Origin: an uncultured virus (IMG/VR IMGVR_UViG_3300025687_000036)
Lineage: Duplodnaviria > Heunggongvirae > Uroviricota > Caudoviricetes
Virus record (IMG/VR): IMGVR_UViG_3300025687_000036
Strand: one strand, 5' to 3'
DNA length: 20,000 bases
Shown: positions 16,451 through 20,000 of the stretch, in pieces
Layout of the letters: each line of letters opens with the position of its first letter
How positions within the stretch are numbered: the stretch's first letter is position 1
Program-made: the position numbers and the translations under genes
Notes under the pieces: model-generated
What the model saw: the letters and a program-made list of their open reading frames with translations, nothing else
What the model was told of the DNA's origin: nothing
Databases searched by the model: none

Positions 16451-16887
16451 GCGGCACCTCCTTCCGCCTGCTCGCCGATGCCGCGGAGGAAATCGGCCGC
16501 CCGGTCGATCGCGTCGTGGAACGCATCCGCGGCCTTCTGGAACTCGGCCTGCGTGCCGTGCTCGTTCTGGTCAAAGAATGCCTCCTGCTTCTCCACGATC
16601 TGCCGCAGATGGTTGAGCATCGCGGCGTGCCGCGACTCGTCGCACGAAGCGCCGGCGGCCGGCACCTCCTCGCGATCCTCGTATCGGTAGTCGTCGCCTT
16701 CGCAGACCCCCTGCACCTCGCTCTCGCCGGGCTCGTCGTAGGATCGCTGGTTGTCATAGTCGGGGTCATCCATCGCGAGGCGGGCCGCCTCCTCGATGCT
16801 CGACGCCTCGACGGTCGTGTCGCAGTAGTAGGTCACCGGCCACTCGATGCGGACGGTGTATGTTCGTGTCGTCGTCTTCGTTGCCAT
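16447..16887 (-). CDS. Acidic hypothetical protein
   Basis: GAGGAG RBS; TYTV.I......TVEASSIEEAARLA motif common in small phage early proteins. Confidence 0.7.
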   Translation of the reverse strand: MATKTTTRTYTVRIEWPVTYYCDTTVEASSIEEAARLAMDDPDYDNQRSYDEPGESEVQGVCEGDDYRYEDREEVPAAGASCDESRHAAMLNHLRQIVEKQEAFFDQNEHGTQAEFQKAADAFHDAIDRAADFLRGIGEQAEGGAA

Positions 16888-16995
16888 GGTCGGGGTTCTC
16901 CTCTCGTCTCGTGTTTCCACGTTCTGGGCAGGCTCGTCGCCGGCATCCCCTTCGCCGCCGGCCACGGGCGCCGGCGGGGCCAGGGGCGGCCGAAG

Positions 16996-17310
16996 TCAGC
17001 GGCTGGCCTTCTTCGTCGTCTTCTTCGCCTTCGCCTTCTCCCGAGGCGTGGCGCAGTGGAACTCTCCGGCGTGAGCGAAGATCGCCACCCCCTCCTCCTG
17101 ATCCTCCTCCTCCTCGTCGTCCCGGGCCACGGCGAAGACCGTGTCGGTGCCGATCTCGGAGTAGCCCTCCGGCACCTCCTCGATGAAGACATCGAGGAGT
17201 TTGCGGCGCGCCAGCGCGTTCAGCACCTCGGCGCAGTCGCTCATGGTCAACTCGGCCTCGTCTCCGTTGGCGAGCGAGCATCGGATCGTTGTCCGGGTCA
17301 TCGCGTTCAT
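16996..17310 (-). CDS. Hypothetical protein with an acidic patch and Lys-rich tail
   Basis: GGAGG RBS; DDEEEEDQEE then KAKAKKTTKK. Confidence 0.7.
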   Translation of the reverse strand: MNAMTRTTIRCSLANGDEAELTMSDCAEVLNALARRKLLDVFIEEVPEGYSEIGTDTVFAVARDDEEEEDQEEGVAIFAHAGEFHCATPREKAKAKKTTKKASR

Positions 17311-17416
17311 CTTCTGGTTCCTCCAGTCGGGGTATAGGTTTCCATCCACGGGGCCACGGTGGCCGCCGACTCGACGCCTCCCCGCGGGCGGGAGGCGCCG
17401 GCTCGGGGGTCAGTCG

Positions 17417-17935
17417 TCAGAACACCTCCAGCGAGTCGAGGTCGCAGTCGGCCAGCACTCGCTCCATCTGCCGCCACTGCCGGCAGGTTTCCCGCCAGCC
17501 AGCCTGCAACTGACGGTGCTCGGCCACCGTCATCTCATCCGGCTCGCACGACCCGTATGTGTCGATGTAGTCGGCGAGCGTTCCGGGGTCGCACTTCGGC
17601 AGGCAGCACAGGACGTCGGTGATGCACGGGGGGATGCCGTTGCCCGAATCGACAATTGATTGGCCGAATCGGATGGTGAACGACCGCCGACCGTGACGCA
17701 CGGTCACCCTCCATATGTCTCGGTCGTCTTTGTCGCAGTCGAACATCCTGCCGTGACTGTCGAATCGAGCGGTCATCGACACGCCGTTCGTCGCCATCCA
17801 CTCGCGAGCCATTTCCGCCAGGTCGTCGCCCTCGGTCATCGAATCTGCCAGCGGCAGCGCGATCGCTCGCCCGTGTACGGTGGCGTCGTGATACTCGCGG
17901 CTGAACGGTTCAAGCGTTTCGTGCGTCGTGTTCAT
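17417..17935 (-). CDS. Conserved phage hypothetical protein
   Basis: W.VT......F...FGQS....P...DVLCCL.K.DPG...DY...YG pattern seen in phage early regions. Confidence 0.7.
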   Translation of the reverse strand: MNTTHETLEPFSREYHDATVHGRAIALPLADSMTEGDDLAEMAREWMATNGVSMTARFDSHGRMFDCDKDDRDIWRVTVRHGRRSFTIRFGQSIVDSGNGIPPCITDVLCCLPKCDPGTLADYIDTYGSCEPDEMTVAEHRQLQAGWRETCRQWRQMERVLADCDLDSLEVF

Positions 17936-18013
17936 CTCTCGTTTCCTCACTCGGGGTCTGCTCGTTCCGCCGGCCGGGGCACCGTGCCTCGGCCGGTTGT
18001 GTCGGCGTGTAGG

Positions 18014-18277
18014 TCAGTCGATCGGCCAACCCTGCCGCCAGTAGCAGGGCACGGTGGCCTCGTCGTCGCTGTCGTCGTCGTCGCCCAGGCGCACCTCGGC
18101 CACGAATTCCTCGTCGCCGCGGCCGCCCTCGTCGCATCGGTAGAGTGATCCGCCGTCCCCCTCGTCGGCCCCCTCGTCGGCGAGCAGCTCTCGCACGTAG
18201 TCGCGGGCGGCCGCGTCGGAAACGGCGTCGAACCGCTCATCGCCACCGCGGTCGAACCTGATCAGGTAGTTGGGCAT
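18014..18277 (-). CDS. Highly acidic small protein (DNA-mimic candidate)
   Basis: 87 aa, about 26 D/E versus 9 R and 0 K by hand count; GGAGG RBS. Confidence 0.7.
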   Translation of the reverse strand: MPNYLIRFDRGGDERFDAVSDAAARDYVRELLADEGADEGDGGSLYRCDEGGRGDEEFVAEVRLGDDDDSDDEATVPCYWRQGWPID

Positions 18278-18356
18278 CGTCTGGTTCCTCCGGTCGGGGT
18301 TCTCGTTCCGCCGGCCGGGGGCAACGTGCCGCCGGCCGGCTGTGTCGGCGTGTAGG

Positions 18357-18569
18357 TCAGACGCGCCGCGCTCCAATCGCCGCCTCGATCTCGGAGACGA
18401 TGCGGCCGAATTCCTCGCGGCGCCGGGCATCCTCGGCTCGCCGGCGCTCCAGCGCCGCCGCCGCGCTGGCGGCGTCGCGCCGCTGGCGCCGGGCCTCCCC
18501 GAAGAACGTGAAGTCTGCGAGAATCAGCGCGGCCACGAAGACCGCCGCGTTGGCTACCAGGATCGTCAT
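18357..18569 (-). CDS. Small membrane-anchored coiled-coil protein
   Basis: MTILVANAAVFVAALILADF TM followed by a charged helix. Confidence 0.7.
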   Translation of the reverse strand: MTILVANAAVFVAALILADFTFFGEARRQRRDAASAAAALERRRAEDARRREEFGRIVSEIEAAIGARRV

Positions 18570-18645
18570 GTCTCGTCTCCTCGGTCGGGGTTCTCGTTCC
18601 GCCGGCCGGGGCACCGTGCCCCGGCCGGTTGTGTCGGCTTGTAGG

Positions 18646-19290
18646 TCAGGAGAGCACCGCGGCCCGTGCCACGCTGTCGCCGGCCATCGCCGCCGTGATC
18701 ATCTCCGCAGACGGGATCGGGGCGTGTCCCATCACCTCGCGATACTGGGCACGGTTCGCCGCATGCTCCTCGGCCACCGCGAGCCACGCGCCACGACGCA
18801 GGTGACGGGGGAAACCGCGGAGCCGCCCACCCTTGCCGATCACCGCGTAGACGGCACGGCAGGCGACGGTCCACGGCTGCGCGGCGTGAACGCCGGCCAC
18901 GACGCGCCGGACCATCTCGGCGTTGTGGCCGACGAGGCGCTCCACGGGGAGATCGGCACGAACACGCTCCACCATGCCGGGCACCGGGGCCGGCGCCGTC
19001 AGCTTCGGCGTGTGGTCCGGCGTCGAGCGGTACGTGCCGGGCGGATTCTTCGCCTCACGACGGCGTCGAGCCTCCCATGCACGCCGGCGCTCGGCCGCCG
19101 CCTCCGGGGTGCCGGGCAGCGGTCGCAGGCGGGCCGCGGTGGCTCGCACCTCCCGCCCCGTGTCGCCGGTGCGGCACAGATACCGCGCCACGCCACGGCC
19201 TTCCAGGCGGCGCAGGACGGTCACCGGCGCCAGCCGGTTGCCGATCCGCACCCGATACTCGCCGCCGATCTTCACCTCAGACTGTCGCAT
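18646..19290 (-). CDS. Basic hypothetical protein with an SH3-like N-terminal module
   Basis: MRQSEVKIGGEY.V......V.V......Y.....TGR.VR..A.RLR resembles N-termini I recall from planctomycete prophage proteins. Confidence 0.7.
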   Translation of the reverse strand: MRQSEVKIGGEYRVRIGNRLAPVTVLRRLEGRGVARYLCRTGDTGREVRATAARLRPLPGTPEAAAERRRAWEARRRREAKNPPGTYRSTPDHTPKLTAPAPVPGMVERVRADLPVERLVGHNAEMVRRVVAGVHAAQPWTVACRAVYAVIGKGGRLRGFPRHLRRGAWLAVAEEHAANRAQYREVMGHAPIPSAEMITAAMAGDSVARAAVLS

Positions 19291-19555
19291 CGTCTCGTCT
19301 CCTCGGTCGGGGTCATCGTTTCCACGAACCGGCGACGCGCCGGTGCGTTGTGTCGGGCATCCGTCTAGCAGTCGCGGGTCGGGGTTTCGTCGGACGGGGT
19401 TCGCCCCCGCGACGCAGTAATATCGGCCAAAAGTTTGTCAGGAGTCAAGTGGGGCGACATTTTGTGGTCAAGGCGACTAGCGGACACAATATGTTGATTG
19501 GACAGTTGGGATTGCCGCGTTTCGTCGGTCGGGGGTCGCGTTTCCATGGACGGGT

Positions 19556-19780
19556 CTAGTTGAATTCCTCGGTCGTGTCACCGACGCGAACGTCTTCCAC
19601 GGCCGCTGTCACGACGAGGTTGAACGTCGGCCCTTCGGGGCCGATGGTCATCGTGATGCGTCCAGTGTCCATGTCGGCGTCGAAGCCGATACCGATTGGC
19701 TTCCCGCTCCACGATCGTTCAAGCCGTTTCAGGCCGACGGCTAGCCGTCGAGTCATCGCCTCGCGTTGCTGTGGCGTCAT
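19556..19780 (-). CDS. Hypothetical protein
   Basis: ATG directly downstream of the motif array; MTPQQREAM... Confidence 0.6.
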   Translation of the reverse strand: MTPQQREAMTRRLAVGLKRLERSWSGKPIGIGFDADMDTGRITMTIGPEGPTFNLVVTAAVEDVRVGDTTEEFN

Positions 19781-19786
19781 CGTCTG

Positions 19787-19869
19787 GTTTCCACGGTCGG
19801 GCTATTCGGGTTTCCACGGCCGGGGTGCCCGTTTCCACGGCCGGGGTTCGCTGGTTTCTACGGTCGGGG
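19787..19869. repeat. Four phased 15-16 bp direct repeats (iteron/operator-like)
   Basis: gtttcYacggYcggg(g) at 19787, 19810, 19831, 19854; spacings 23/21/23. Confidence 0.9.
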
Positions 19870-19874
19870 ATGCT

Positions 19875-20000
19875 ATCGGACGGTCGTCCCCTCGTCACCT
19901 CCGGCGCCAGCGGCTGCCAGGGTGATCGAGCGGGCGAGGTGATCGGACGGTCGTCCCCTCGTCACCTCCGGCGCCAGCGGCTGCCAGGGTGATCGAGCGG
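19875..20000. repeat. Perfect 67-bp tandem repeat running off the window end
   Basis: Unit 19875-19941; the second copy from 19942 is identical over the 59 visible bases. Confidence 0.95.

Larger units (their letters stand above)
17961..18649. repeat. Three near-identical 57-59 bp intergenic repeats with a central palindrome (17961-18017, 18302-18360, 18593-18649)
   Basis: ctcgttccgccggccggggcaccgtgccYcggccggttgtgtcggcKtgtaggtcag; copies 1 and 3 match at 55/57; perfect 13-bp inverted repeat at 18602-18628. Confidence 0.95.

Noticed and set aside
17961..18649. Integron attC sites
   Set aside because: Palindromic and gene-flanking, but there is no RYYYAAC...GTTRRRY boundary pair, no consistent extrahelical bases and no integrase in the window.
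14600..19368. Long + strand ORFs (14600-15814, 16381-17337, 18400-19368)
   Set aside because: Antisense shadows typical of high-GC DNA; the - strand genes carry the RBSs and leaders.
12529..19370. Rho-independent terminators at the intergenic hairpins
   Set aside because: The stems lack 3' U-tracts on the coding strand.
19371..19413. Hammerhead ribozyme or tRNA
   Set aside because: A CGAAA is present, but I found no CUGANGA core and no cloverleaf or TTC arm.
19787..20000. CRISPR array
   Set aside because: The short repeats have linkers of only 5-8 bp and the 67-bp units have no unique spacers; there are no cas genes in the window.

Overview
A GC-rich tailed-phage or prophage genome segment with two convergent arms. 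The host is probably a planctomycete, which is an inference from protein families. Left arm (+ strand, 16-11652): tightly coupled genes with ATGA/GTGA overlaps. These are an N4/N6 DNA methyltransferase, a short C5-type methyltransferase, a PD-(D/E)XK-like protein, a GNAT, a VRR-NUC nuclease, three paralogous GcrA-like HTH proteins, a sugar module (DegT aminotransferase plus two GT-A-like glycosyltransferases), a cluster of membrane proteins around a papain-like cysteine peptidase, and a terminase-type HNH endonuclease. Right arm (- strand, 11641-19780): about 20 small, mostly unknown early-type genes. Most are preceded by a conserved leader made of a GC hairpin plus one or two copies of an asymmetric 16-bp motif (sense consensus about CCCCGNCCGWGGRAAC). 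The motif occurs roughly 30 times in one orientation, is often paired at 21-23 bp spacing, often overlaps the RBS, and forms a four-copy array at 19787-19869. One copy closely resembles a solitary type I-C CRISPR repeat. The window ends inside a perfect 67-bp tandem repeat. All family assignments come from reading motifs by eye; no searches were run.
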